From Candidatus Omnitrophota bacterium (GTDB taxonomy: Bacteria; Omnitrophota; Gorgyraeia; Gygaellales; Profunditerraquicolaceae), in the NCBI GenBank assembly GCA_026387335.1, contig JAPLLX010000001.1, positions 106,620 to 170,619 of the forward strand: a DNA stretch of 64,000 nt, in the 5' to 3' direction. The first letter of the stretch is position 1, and the number at the start of each line of letters is the position of its first letter. A program made the position numbers and the translations under genes. Under the pieces are notes generated by a model. That model was not told where the DNA came from. It did no database searches and saw nothing but the letters and a program-made list of their open reading frames with translations. Positions 39,622-48,747 of the stretch are shown here, one piece after another.

Positions 39622-40704
39622 ATGAACTTAAATGTTGAAGAAATCAAGAAGTTTACCGTTTCTGCGGAGATATCATTAAAAAATGTTATGAAGTTTTTGA
39701 GTGACGCAAAAAGTAGGGTAGTTTTTGTCGTAGATGAGTCCGGTAAGCTCACGGGTTCTATAACCGATGGGGATGTCAGGCGGGCTATTCTTAAAGGTGT
39801 GGATTTTAAGCAGCCCATATCCGAGATTATGTTCAAAGCCCCGCGTTTTGTCAAGCGTTCCGATAGGAAGCTCGAGGAAAAGGTGAAAAACTATCTGGTT
39901 GAAGAAAAACTTTATGCTATACCTCTTTTGGATGAACAGGATAAAATAGTAGATGTTTTCTTTTGGCATGATTTTTTAAAGTTCCATCCTTTAGAATCCC
40001 CCGAAAAAACTACCTTTACTAATCCAGTTGTGATTATGGCCGGTGGTAAGGGCGAAAGGCTAGATCCATTTACGAAAATATTACCCAAGCCCTTAATTCC
40101 TTTTGGTGATGAGCCTATAATTGATAAAATAATGGGAAATTTTAATAAGCACGGGTTTTCCAACTTTATACTTACCCTGAACTATAAAAAAGAGATGATA
40201 AAAATGTATTTTAAGGAAAATGCGTCTGCCTATAAAGTGCAATGGGTGGAAGAGGACGAGTATTTAGGGACTGCGGGAGGAATCGGGCTGCTTAAAGAAC
40301 TAGTCAGAGAAACATTTTTCGTATGTAACTGTGATACTATAATCGAGAACGACTTTAAAAATATTTTATTATGGCATAAGGCGGAAAAGGCCCTTATTAC
40401 GATTATCGGATGCCACAAAGAAATGGTAATTCCGTATGGTATTCTCGAAATGGAAGAAGGCTGCTTAAAAGCAATTAACGAAAAACCAATGTTTGATTTT
40501 GTCATAAATACTGGAGTGTATATAATTGAGCCGGAAGTCTTATCTCTTATTCCAGCCAAACAAAAACTGGATATGGACTACCTAATAGATAAAGTAATGA
40601 GCCGCGGTAAGGTCGCTGTTTATCCTATATGCGAAGGATGGCTTGATCTCGGTCAATGGAAAGAATATAAAGATAGTCTTTATTTATTGCAATACAGTAA
40701 ATAA
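39622..40704 (+). CDS. CBS-pair + sugar-1-phosphate nucleotidyltransferase (PtmE-like)
   Basis: N-terminal CBS pair, then 'VIMAGGKGERLDPFTKILPKPLIPF' (G-x-G-x-R-L NTP-transferase motif). SD 'AAAGGAG'. Confidence 0.75.
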   Translation: MNLNVEEIKKFTVSAEISLKNVMKFLSDAKSRVVFVVDESGKLTGSITDGDVRRAILKGVDFKQPISEIMFKAPRFVKRSDRKLEEKVKNYLVEEKLYAIPLLDEQDKIVDVFFWHDFLKFHPLESPEKTTFTNPVVIMAGGKGERLDPFTKILPKPLIPFGDEPIIDKIMGNFNKHGFSNFILTLNYKKEMIKMYFKENASAYKVQWVEEDEYLGTAGGIGLLKELVRETFFVCNCDTIIENDFKNILLWHKAEKALITIIGCHKEMVIPYGILEMEEGCLKAINEKPMFDFVINTGVYIIEPEVLSLIPAKQKLDMDYLIDKVMSRGKVAVYPICEGWLDLGQWKEYKDSLYLLQYSK

Positions 40705-40720
40705 ATGAAAGCGTAAAATA

Positions 40721-41446
40721 ATGTATAGAGGAAAGAGTGTACTAGCATTAATTCCGGCAAGGGGAGGGAGCAAGGGTTTGCCAGGAAAGAATATTCGCTT
40801 ACTTTTGGGAAAACCTTTGATCTCCTGGTCCATAGAGCAGGCTTTAGGAAGCCGGTATATTGATAAAGTGGTTGTAAGCACTGATTCAACGAAAATTACC
40901 GGTATTGCCCGTCACTATGGAGCGGAAGTTCCTTTTAGGAGGCCGAAGAAATTAGCATCCGACAATGCGAAAAGTATGGATGTTATTTTACACGCAATAA
41001 ATTTTTATGAATCACGGGGTCATATTTTTGATATTATCGTTTTTCTTGAGCCGACCTCTCCGTTAAGGGAGATAGAAGATATCGATAAGGCGATTGAGAT
41101 CCTTATGACTAATCAAAAGGCTGAAAGCATAGTTGGTGTTGCAAAACTTGAATCTGCTCATCCGGAGTTTCTGGTGAAGCTAAAGAAAGGTTTTTTGGAG
41201 CCTTATTTGAATAAGGCGTACAAAGTTTTTCGAAGGCAGGAGGTGGAGGAGCTATATTTCTTTGAGGGGAGTTTATATATAGCTTACGCGGAATCATTAA
41301 AGAATAAAAAAACATTCTATCACAATAAGACATTGGCCTACATCGTTCCCAAGTGGAAATCTTTTGAAATGGATGATTATACGGATTTTATAATAATCGA
41401 GGCAATTCTTAGGGCGAGAAGAAGAGGAGTAAAAATTTATGACTAA
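40721..41446 (+). CDS. CMP-nonulosonate synthetase (NeuA/LegF/PseF family cytidylyltransferase)
   Basis: 'ALIPARGGSKGLPGKNI' and 'FLEPTSPLR'. Confidence 0.8.
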   Translation: MYRGKSVLALIPARGGSKGLPGKNIRLLLGKPLISWSIEQALGSRYIDKVVVSTDSTKITGIARHYGAEVPFRRPKKLASDNAKSMDVILHAINFYESRGHIFDIIVFLEPTSPLREIEDIDKAIEILMTNQKAESIVGVAKLESAHPEFLVKLKKGFLEPYLNKAYKVFRRQEVEELYFFEGSLYIAYAESLKNKKTFYHNKTLAYIVPKWKSFEMDDYTDFIIIEAILRARRRGVKIYD

Positions 41447-42755
41447 AAAAACAGGTATCAGATTATGGAATGAGGCAAAAACTATTATTCCTGGAGGGAA
41501 TCAGCTTTTGTCAAAAAGGGTAGAGCGTTTTCTCCCGGGTGAATGGCCGGCATATTATACTAAGGCAAAAGGCTGCCAGATTTGGGATCTGGATGGCAAT
41601 AGATATTATGATTTTGCTCAGATGGGAGTCGGTTCTTGTGCCTTGGGTTATGCGGATGAGGATGTGAATAGGGCAGTTATTAGTGCGATTCGTGATGGAT
41701 CAATGGCTACATTAAACTGTTACGAAGAAGTTGAATTAGCTAAAAAGTTAATAAAAATCCATCCCTGGGCTGATTCAGTCAAGTTTGCAAGAACCGGCGG
41801 TGAGGCTTGTGCTATAGCAATTAGAATTGCCCGCGCTGCTGCAGGCCGCAGTAAAATTGCATTTTGCGGCTATCATGGATGGCATGATTGGTATCTTTCG
41901 GCAAATATAGCGAATTCAAATAATCTTGACGAACAGCTTTTGCCCGGCCTTGCTCCGTTAGGAGTGCCCTTTGAGTTAAAAGGAAGCGCGATCCCTTTTA
42001 ATTATAACAAATTAAGCGAGTTAGAAAATATTATTAAGTCTAACCCCAAACAAATTGGCGTTATTATTATGGAACCTATGCGCAGCATTTATCCTGAGCC
42101 CGGATTTCTTGAAGGAGTTAGAAAGATAGCCGACCGCATAGGAGCGATTCTTATCTTTGATGAAGTAACCTCAGGTTTTCGCCTTAATTTAGGCGGAATT
42201 CATCTGGTTTTTGGGGTTAAGCCGGATATTGCGGTATTTGGAAAAGCACTTGGCAATGGTTTCCCTATTACGGCTGTTATCGGCAAGAAAAAAATTATGG
42301 ATTTTGCGCAACGAACTTTCGTCAGTTCTACTTTTTGGACTGAACGCATAGGTTTCGTAGCTGCGTTAGCTACATTAAGAAAGATGGCGGAGAAAAAAGT
42401 GCAGAAGAAGCTTGTTTATTTTGGGGAACGTATTAATGCGGGATGGAAAAAGTTGGCAAGAAAACATAATTTGGGCATTACCATCAGCGGAATACCTCCG
42501 CTTACGCACATTTCGTTTAAAAATAATGTTCCTTTGGAAACTCAAACCCTATATGCGCAGGAAATGCTTGAACAGGGTTTCCTAGTGAGTTCATCCGTAT
42601 ATGCGACTTATGCGTATACGGATGAACTTATTGATAAGTTTATTTTTCATTCAGACAGGGCTTTTGCAAAAATCAGAAAAGCATTAGATTCGACGGAAAT
42701 AAAGCGATTTTTGAAAAACGATGTAATACAAGAGGGTTTTAAACGGCTTGCTTAA
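41439..42755 (+). CDS. Class III PLP-dependent aminotransferase (glutamate-1-semialdehyde aminomutase-like)
   Basis: 'DLDGNRYYDF', 'FDEVTSGFR' and 'FGKALGNGFP' (PLP-Lys region). Confidence 0.8.
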   Translation: MTKKTGIRLWNEAKTIIPGGNQLLSKRVERFLPGEWPAYYTKAKGCQIWDLDGNRYYDFAQMGVGSCALGYADEDVNRAVISAIRDGSMATLNCYEEVELAKKLIKIHPWADSVKFARTGGEACAIAIRIARAAAGRSKIAFCGYHGWHDWYLSANIANSNNLDEQLLPGLAPLGVPFELKGSAIPFNYNKLSELENIIKSNPKQIGVIIMEPMRSIYPEPGFLEGVRKIADRIGAILIFDEVTSGFRLNLGGIHLVFGVKPDIAVFGKALGNGFPITAVIGKKKIMDFAQRTFVSSTFWTERIGFVAALATLRKMAEKKVQKKLVYFGERINAGWKKLARKHNLGITISGIPPLTHISFKNNVPLETQTLYAQEMLEQGFLVSSSVYATYAYTDELIDKFIFHSDRAFAKIRKALDSTEIKRFLKNDVIQEGFKRLA

Positions 42756-42784
42756 GTTTTATTCATATAGAAAGAGGAAGGACT

Positions 42785-43555
42785 ATGCTAAAAGATAAGG
42801 TAATAATTGTTGCTGGCGGAGCAGGTCTATTAGGCAGTGAATTCGTGAAAGCAATTGCGGAAAATAATGGAACTGCGATTATCGGTGATAGTGATGAAAA
42901 AAAAGGCCGTAAGACAAAAACTGATATTTTAAGAAATTTGCGAAATGGCAGGGTAGACTTTATTGTGTTAGATATAACTTCTTTAAAGTCTATTAAAGCA
43001 ATGATTAAGAAGGTTCATTTAAAATATGGAAAAATTGATGCTTTAGTTAATAGCGCATTCCCTAAGAATCGAAATTATGGTAAATATTTTTTTGATGTAC
43101 AGTATAAAGACTTTTGTGAGAACCTAAACACACATTTAGGCGGATATTTCCTAACTTCACAACAGGCCGCTTTATATTTTAAACAACAAGGGTATGGTAA
43201 TATTGTGAATATTGCTTCTATTTATGGGGTAATTCCTCCTAAGTTTGAAATATACCAAGGGACAAAAATGACTATGCCAGTGGAATATGCTATGATAAAA
43301 TCGGCGCTAATTCATTTGACAAAATATATGGCTAAATATCTAAAAGGGATGAATATCCGCGTTAACGCTATCAGTCCAGGGGGCATCTTTGATAATCAGC
43401 CGGATCTTTTCGTGAAAGCATATAATAATTTATGCCTAAACAAAGGGATGCTGGGGAAAAAAGATTTGAATGGGACTTTAGTTTATCTGCTGTCAGAGAT
43501 GTCAAAAGATTTAAACGGGCAGAATATAACCGTGGATGGTGGATTCACATTGTAA
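42785..43555 (+). CDS. Short-chain dehydrogenase/reductase (PtmA/FabG-like)
   Basis: 'VIIVAGGAGLLGSEF' and 'YAMIKSALIHLTK'. SD 'GAGGAAGG'. Confidence 0.75.
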   Translation: MLKDKVIIVAGGAGLLGSEFVKAIAENNGTAIIGDSDEKKGRKTKTDILRNLRNGRVDFIVLDITSLKSIKAMIKKVHLKYGKIDALVNSAFPKNRNYGKYFFDVQYKDFCENLNTHLGGYFLTSQQAALYFKQQGYGNIVNIASIYGVIPPKFEIYQGTKMTMPVEYAMIKSALIHLTKYMAKYLKGMNIRVNAISPGGIFDNQPDLFVKAYNNLCLNKGMLGKKDLNGTLVYLLSEMSKDLNGQNITVDGGFTL

Positions 43556-43574
43556 GTAACCAAGGAGTTTAGTG

Positions 43575-45173
43575 ATGAAATTTCTTATGATCTATGCTAA
43601 CGATACTGCTAATACAAAAGTTCCAATAGGGATACTTTATATACTTACCCGCTTAAAAAAAGAAGGGCATGAAGTGAGTATGTTTGATAGCTCTAAATAC
43701 GCCATAGATATAGATAAAAATGATTACGCGATAAGAGGAAGGTTTCTAAATTTTCAGGCAGTTGATTTAAGGCCTTACGGTGTTACCTTTGAGAGCGTAA
43801 CAATGGAACAACTTGACCAAAAGTTGAAAGAACATATATTAAATTTTTGTCCGGATTTAATAGGAATTTCTATACTTGAAGATACAAGTAAAACCGGGTT
43901 GCATTTTGCTGAGATTTGTAAAAAAGTAGCTCCGAAAGTCCCCCTTATCGTAGGGGGCGTATATTGTTTAACAAGGCCGGAATACGTGATAGAGAATAAA
44001 TTTGTGGATATTGTTTGCGTGGGGGAAGGCGAAGAGAGCATAAGTGAGCTAATGTTTAATTTGTCAAAGGGCAAAAGTTTTGAGGCAATTTCCAATCTTT
44101 GGATTAAATTACCAGACGGGGACATTAAAAAAAATGCCATAGGGTATCCTACTGAATTAGATTCTTTGCCATACATAGATCTTTCTATAATTGAGGATAG
44201 GCATCTTTTCGCCCCTTTCGCGGGACACGCCTATAAGACATCTTTTGTGGAGGGCCAAAGAGGATGTCCAAGGAGGTGTACCTATTGCTGTAATCAGATT
44301 TTTTTAGACGCATACTCAAAATTTGGCGCTAAATATTTAAGGCGCAAAACAGTTAATCGCCTTATTCAAGAAATAGTATATTTAAAAGATAATTTTGGGC
44401 TTAATTTTATTCAATTCATAGATGACGATTTTTTGTTTAGCCCATTAGATAGAATAAAAGAATTTTCTGAAAGTTATAAAAAGCATGTGAATCTTCCCTT
44501 TTGGATACAAGCTGAAGCTTGCAACGTAACCGAAGAAAAAATTAAACTAATCAGAAAAGCCGGTTGTATTTCAATCAGTATCGGTATTGAAACCGGGAGC
44601 AAGTATATATTGGAAAAGATTATGAAACGGAAAACATCCCAAGAGATTACTTTAAAAGCATTTAAGATAATGCATAGGCACGGCATAAGAACATCCGCAA
44701 ATGTTATTTTGGGTATGCCTGAGGAAACCAGGGAAAATATTTTTGAAACAATTGAGTTTGTGAGGAAATGCAAGCCCGTAAGCATTAACTCTAATATTTT
44801 TGTCCCTTACTATGGAACGGCCTTGCGAGAATATTGCGTTGAAAAGGGGTATTTGGATAAAGACTATCACCGTGGTTCGCGCAATTCCTGGAAAGCCGTT
44901 TTAAATATGCCGCAAATTTCACAAGATGAGGTTGAGAATTTATCAAGAGTATTTGTGCTTTACGCAACATTGTCTAAGAAATATTGGGCTCAAATAGGAA
45001 TGGTCGAGAAATTTCCTGAAAAAAGCTTAGAGCTTCAAAGAAAGCTTGAAAATATTTTTTGGAAAATTGTGTGCAAACGCGGGATTAATATCGATGTTAG
45101 AGGGTATGATTATAGTCTGTTTTTTAAAAATAGACAATTGGAGCTGCAATCTCAAGGTAAGAATAAAGTTTAA
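43575..45173 (+). CDS. B12-binding-domain radical SAM enzyme (class B rSAM, copy 2)
   Basis: B12-binding-like N-terminus, 'GQRGCPRRCTYC' (CX3CX2C) and 'SISIGIETGS'. Roughly 35% identical to copy 1 by eye. SD 'AAGGAG'. Confidence 0.8.
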   Translation: MKFLMIYANDTANTKVPIGILYILTRLKKEGHEVSMFDSSKYAIDIDKNDYAIRGRFLNFQAVDLRPYGVTFESVTMEQLDQKLKEHILNFCPDLIGISILEDTSKTGLHFAEICKKVAPKVPLIVGGVYCLTRPEYVIENKFVDIVCVGEGEESISELMFNLSKGKSFEAISNLWIKLPDGDIKKNAIGYPTELDSLPYIDLSIIEDRHLFAPFAGHAYKTSFVEGQRGCPRRCTYCCNQIFLDAYSKFGAKYLRRKTVNRLIQEIVYLKDNFGLNFIQFIDDDFLFSPLDRIKEFSESYKKHVNLPFWIQAEACNVTEEKIKLIRKAGCISISIGIETGSKYILEKIMKRKTSQEITLKAFKIMHRHGIRTSANVILGMPEETRENIFETIEFVRKCKPVSINSNIFVPYYGTALREYCVEKGYLDKDYHRGSRNSWKAVLNMPQISQDEVENLSRVFVLYATLSKKYWAQIGMVEKFPEKSLELQRKLENIFWKIVCKRGINIDVRGYDYSLFFKNRQLELQSQGKNKV

Positions 45174-45196
45174 TTTCATGAGGTTTGGAGAAACAG

Positions 45197-45505
45197 ATGA
45201 CAGATAAAGCAAGAGTGGTTCAAGCAATATTCAGGGCAGTTGATGAGGTTAACGAGCTATTACCAGAAGAGCAGCAATCCGAAAAGTCCCTGGATACAGT
45301 TTTGTTTGGTAAAAATGGAAGATTAGATTCTTTAGGAATTGTAATTTTTTTCGTAGCAGTAGAGAAAAAAATTGAAAAAGAATTCGGAGTAGTAATTATG
45401 TTGACGGATGAGAAGATAATGTCTCAGAAGAATAATCCCCTACAGACTATTGAGACCCTTGTTGATTATGTTTCTATGCATTTAGAGGAGAAATTAAATG
45501 GATAG
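45197..45505 (+). CDS. Acyl carrier protein
   Basis: About 102 aa with 'GRLDSLGIV' (phosphopantetheine attachment Ser in a DSLG-type motif). SD 'GGAG' 6 nt upstream. Confidence 0.65.
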   Translation: MTDKARVVQAIFRAVDEVNELLPEEQQSEKSLDTVLFGKNGRLDSLGIVIFFVAVEKKIEKEFGVVIMLTDEKIMSQKNNPLQTIETLVDYVSMHLEEKLNG

Positions 45506-47186
45506 ACGGAAACTTAGGGCGTTACTTATTTCGGACTTCAATATAGATATTCTTAAGGGATATTTAAATAATGATGAAGAATTACCGTTACTTAATATAA
45601 CAGTTGCGCCTTTCGGGCAGGTTATGCCAATTTTGCTTGAGGAAAAATCCGAATACTGGAAGAGTAAATATAATTCCGTGATAGTATGGACTCAGCCCGA
45701 AAATGTTATCGGGTCTTTCAAGTGCATTCTTAATTATCAACATGTACCTCTTGACAAAGTGCTTGCGGAAGTAGATGAGTTTTCTCGAGCATTAATGAAT
45801 TTACAAGAGAGAGTTAGTCTTGTATTCGTTCCTATATGGGTCCTGCCGACGTATCATAAAGGTTATGGAATGCTTGAGATGAAAGATGGAATCGGTATTG
45901 AGAATATATTAAAGCAAATGAATTTAAGGCTTTCAAAAAATTTAGACTCCGCAACAAATATATATTTATTAAACACTCAGAAGTGGATCGAGGTTGTCGG
46001 TAAGTATGCATTTGATCATAAATTATGGTATATGGCTAAGATCCCTTTTGGAAACGAAGTCTTCAAAGAGGCAACCCAGGATATTAAATCTGCCTTAAGA
46101 GGAATTAATGGTGCTTCAAGAAAGATAATCATTCTTGACTTAGATAATACATTATGGGGAGCAATAGTAGGAGAAGTTGGTTGGGAAAATATTCAACTGG
46201 GAGGGCACGACTATATCGGTGAAGCGTATCTTGATTTTCAAAGAGCGTTAAAATCTTTAACTAATCGCGGTATTTTATTAAGTATAGTCAGTAAAAACGA
46301 AGAGTCATTAGCTTTAGAAGCAATAAACAAGCATCCAGAAATGGCGCTTAGGTTAGAGGATTTTGCTGCCTGGAAAATTAATTGGAAAGACAAAGCTCAG
46401 AATATTATCGATTTAGTTTCTGATTTGAATTTGGGCTTGCAATCCGCAGTTTTTATAGATGATGACCCTGTGGAGCGGGCAAGAGTTAGGGAGGCTTTAC
46501 CTGAGGTTTTTGTTCCTGAATGGCCAGAAGACAAATTGTTATATAAGAAGACGCTACTTAGCCTGCGTTGTTTTGATGCTCCTTCAGTTAGCAAAGAAGA
46601 CTTAGAAAGAACTAAGATGTATGTGACTGAGCGTGAGCGGCAGGATTTAAAAAGTAATGTTGGTTCTTTAGAAGATTGGCTAAAGGTATTAGGGATAAAA
46701 GTAAAAGTGGAGAAGCTTAATGATGCCAATCTTCAAAGAACGGTTCAATTGTTAAATAAAACTAATCAAATGAATCTTAGTACAAGAAGAATGACGGAAT
46801 CTGAGCTGGTAAATTGGACTAAGCAGGATAATCATAAATTTTGGATTTTTCGTGTTATTGATAAGTTTGGCGATGCAGGCTTAACAGGTATAATAAGCCT
46901 CCAGGTAGATAATAAGATAGGTAGGGTCGTTGATTTCGTATTAAGTTGTAGGGTGATTGGACGAAAAATAGAAGAAACTATGCTATATAAAGTTGTTAAT
47001 TATGCACAATCTATAGGATTAGATAAGGTCTACGCAAAATATATTCCGACACCAAAGAATAAACCATGTTTAGAATTATGGAATCGTTCAGGATTTGTTT
47101 ATAATGAAGAAAATAATTGTTTTAGTTGGGAAGTCAAGAAAGATTACTCCTTGCCAGACTGTATACAAATCGAAAAGGAAGAATGA
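45498..47186 (+). CDS. FkbH-like protein (HAD subfamily IIIC phosphatase + C-terminal acyltransferase region); predicted glyceryl-ACP loader
   Basis: HAD motif 'IIILDLDNTLWG', 'LSIVSKNEE' and C-terminal 'SCRVIGRKIEE' (conserved Cys region of the FkbH family). Adjacent ACP. Confidence 0.7.
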   Translation: MDRRKLRALLISDFNIDILKGYLNNDEELPLLNITVAPFGQVMPILLEEKSEYWKSKYNSVIVWTQPENVIGSFKCILNYQHVPLDKVLAEVDEFSRALMNLQERVSLVFVPIWVLPTYHKGYGMLEMKDGIGIENILKQMNLRLSKNLDSATNIYLLNTQKWIEVVGKYAFDHKLWYMAKIPFGNEVFKEATQDIKSALRGINGASRKIIILDLDNTLWGAIVGEVGWENIQLGGHDYIGEAYLDFQRALKSLTNRGILLSIVSKNEESLALEAINKHPEMALRLEDFAAWKINWKDKAQNIIDLVSDLNLGLQSAVFIDDDPVERARVREALPEVFVPEWPEDKLLYKKTLLSLRCFDAPSVSKEDLERTKMYVTERERQDLKSNVGSLEDWLKVLGIKVKVEKLNDANLQRTVQLLNKTNQMNLSTRRMTESELVNWTKQDNHKFWIFRVIDKFGDAGLTGIISLQVDNKIGRVVDFVLSCRVIGRKIEETMLYKVVNYAQSIGLDKVYAKYIPTPKNKPCLELWNRSGFVYNEENNCFSWEVKKDYSLPDCIQIEKEE

Positions 47187-47593
47187 TTATGGTTAAGCTA
47201 AATTTCTTCGGTAAAGACGCAAGATTCCACCATGTCGGTATTGTAGTAAAATCTATAAAAGAAGTATGCCCGTCGAGTAGGATAACTATCGACCCCATTC
47301 AAGGGGTAAGTGTTGCCTTTGTATCATTGAATGGAGTTAAATTAGAACTTATTGAACCCTATAGTGATAATTCTCCTGTAACCGGAAGCCTAAAGAAAGG
47401 GATAAAACTTCTTCATATCTGTTATGCTGTTTCTAATATTGAAAATATAATAAAGGAGTGTAGAAAATTTGGATTCCATTGCATTGCACAACCTGTGCCG
47501 GCGGCTGCCTTTAATAAAAAAATAGCCTGGGTATATAGTAACGAATATGGGTTATTTGAACTTTTAGAAAAGAAAGACTCTAAGAAAAAATGA
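47183..47593 (+). CDS. VOC-family (glyoxalase/methylmalonyl-CoA epimerase-like) protein
   Basis: 'FHHVGIVVKSIKE' and 'ELIEP'. ATGA overlap with the upstream gene. Confidence 0.5.
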   Translation: MIMVKLNFFGKDARFHHVGIVVKSIKEVCPSSRITIDPIQGVSVAFVSLNGVKLELIEPYSDNSPVTGSLKKGIKLLHICYAVSNIENIIKECRKFGFHCIAQPVPAAAFNKKIAWVYSNEYGLFELLEKKDSKKK

Positions 47594-48657
47594 TGTATCC
47601 ATCGGGTTTAGATATCCATATATGTAAAGAAGCGGAAATTGAAAAGCTGATGGGATTTATTAATAAATATTGGTCTAAGAATCATATATTATCATCAAGC
47701 AAAGTCCTTATGGACTGGCAACACTACAATAAGAAGGATCGTTGTTACAATTTTGTAGTTGCTTTAAACAAAAATGATCCGGAACTTATTGGAATATTGG
47801 GGTTTATACCCTCGCGTCACTTTGATCCGGCGCTTTCAGAAAACAATACAGTTTGGTTAGTTACCTGGAAGATAAGGGAAGATTCAAAAATCGCAGGATT
47901 AGGATTATTATTACATGGTTTTTTAGTAACGAATGAAAATCATAAGGCAATGGGAACAATAGGAAATAATAATAAGGTAGCTGGGCTTTATAAAGCGCTT
48001 GGTTACGAGATAGGCCAGTTAAATCAATTTTATATTATCAATGATAAAAAGGAAAATTTTTGTCTGGTAGATAGTTATCCCAAGAATCCTTATCGTCCAC
48101 AGCATTTTAATCATAATTCAAAGAAAAAATTTATAAAGATCGATAAGTTAAACTTTGCGGAGTTGTCCAGAAAGCTAACCTATCAACAATCCGAAGCAGA
48201 ACTGCCTAAAAAGTCTTTTAGATACTTCTATAAGCGTTATTTGGAACATCCAATTTACAATTATGATCTTTATGCCATAGCTGAAGGGGAGCAATATATA
48301 GGATTAGTAGTTATGCGTTGTGTAGAATACAAAGATAATTATGCCTTAAGAATCGTAGATTACTTTGGACCCGATGATGGCATAGCAAGAATGAGAAGTC
48401 AATTTCAAGAGTTACTCCGGGTTTATGATGCTGAATACATTGACATATTTAATTATGGAATAAATGACACTTTTTTTGAAGGATCAGGTTTTATAAAACT
48501 TAATACAGGAAGTAAGGTAATAATCCCAAATTACTACGAACCATTCGAAAAGCGTAATGTAAAAATCAATTTCGCATTTCATGCAGATGAAAAATTCAGT
48601 TATAAACTTTTCAAAGGGGACGCAGACCAAGACCGGCCAAATCTAATGTCCCATTAG
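47590..48657 (+). CDS. Hypothetical protein; N-terminal region GNAT-like (candidate acyltransferase)
   Basis: 'VWLVTWKIREDSKIAGLGLLLHGF...KVAGLYKALGYE' loosely resembles the GNAT motif A region. Weak. Confidence 0.3.
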   Translation: MMYPSGLDIHICKEAEIEKLMGFINKYWSKNHILSSSKVLMDWQHYNKKDRCYNFVVALNKNDPELIGILGFIPSRHFDPALSENNTVWLVTWKIREDSKIAGLGLLLHGFLVTNENHKAMGTIGNNNKVAGLYKALGYEIGQLNQFYIINDKKENFCLVDSYPKNPYRPQHFNHNSKKKFIKIDKLNFAELSRKLTYQQSEAELPKKSFRYFYKRYLEHPIYNYDLYAIAEGEQYIGLVVMRCVEYKDNYALRIVDYFGPDDGIARMRSQFQELLRVYDAEYIDIFNYGINDTFFEGSGFIKLNTGSKVIIPNYYEPFEKRNVKINFAFHADEKFSYKLFKGDADQDRPNLMSH

Positions 48658-48747
48658 TCAAGTGGTTTTCAAGTTAGCGCCGGACTTTTGTTAAGACACG
48701 TTTCAAAAATTTAGAATAACGTAAAGTAATCTAGCGATAGTTGAACC

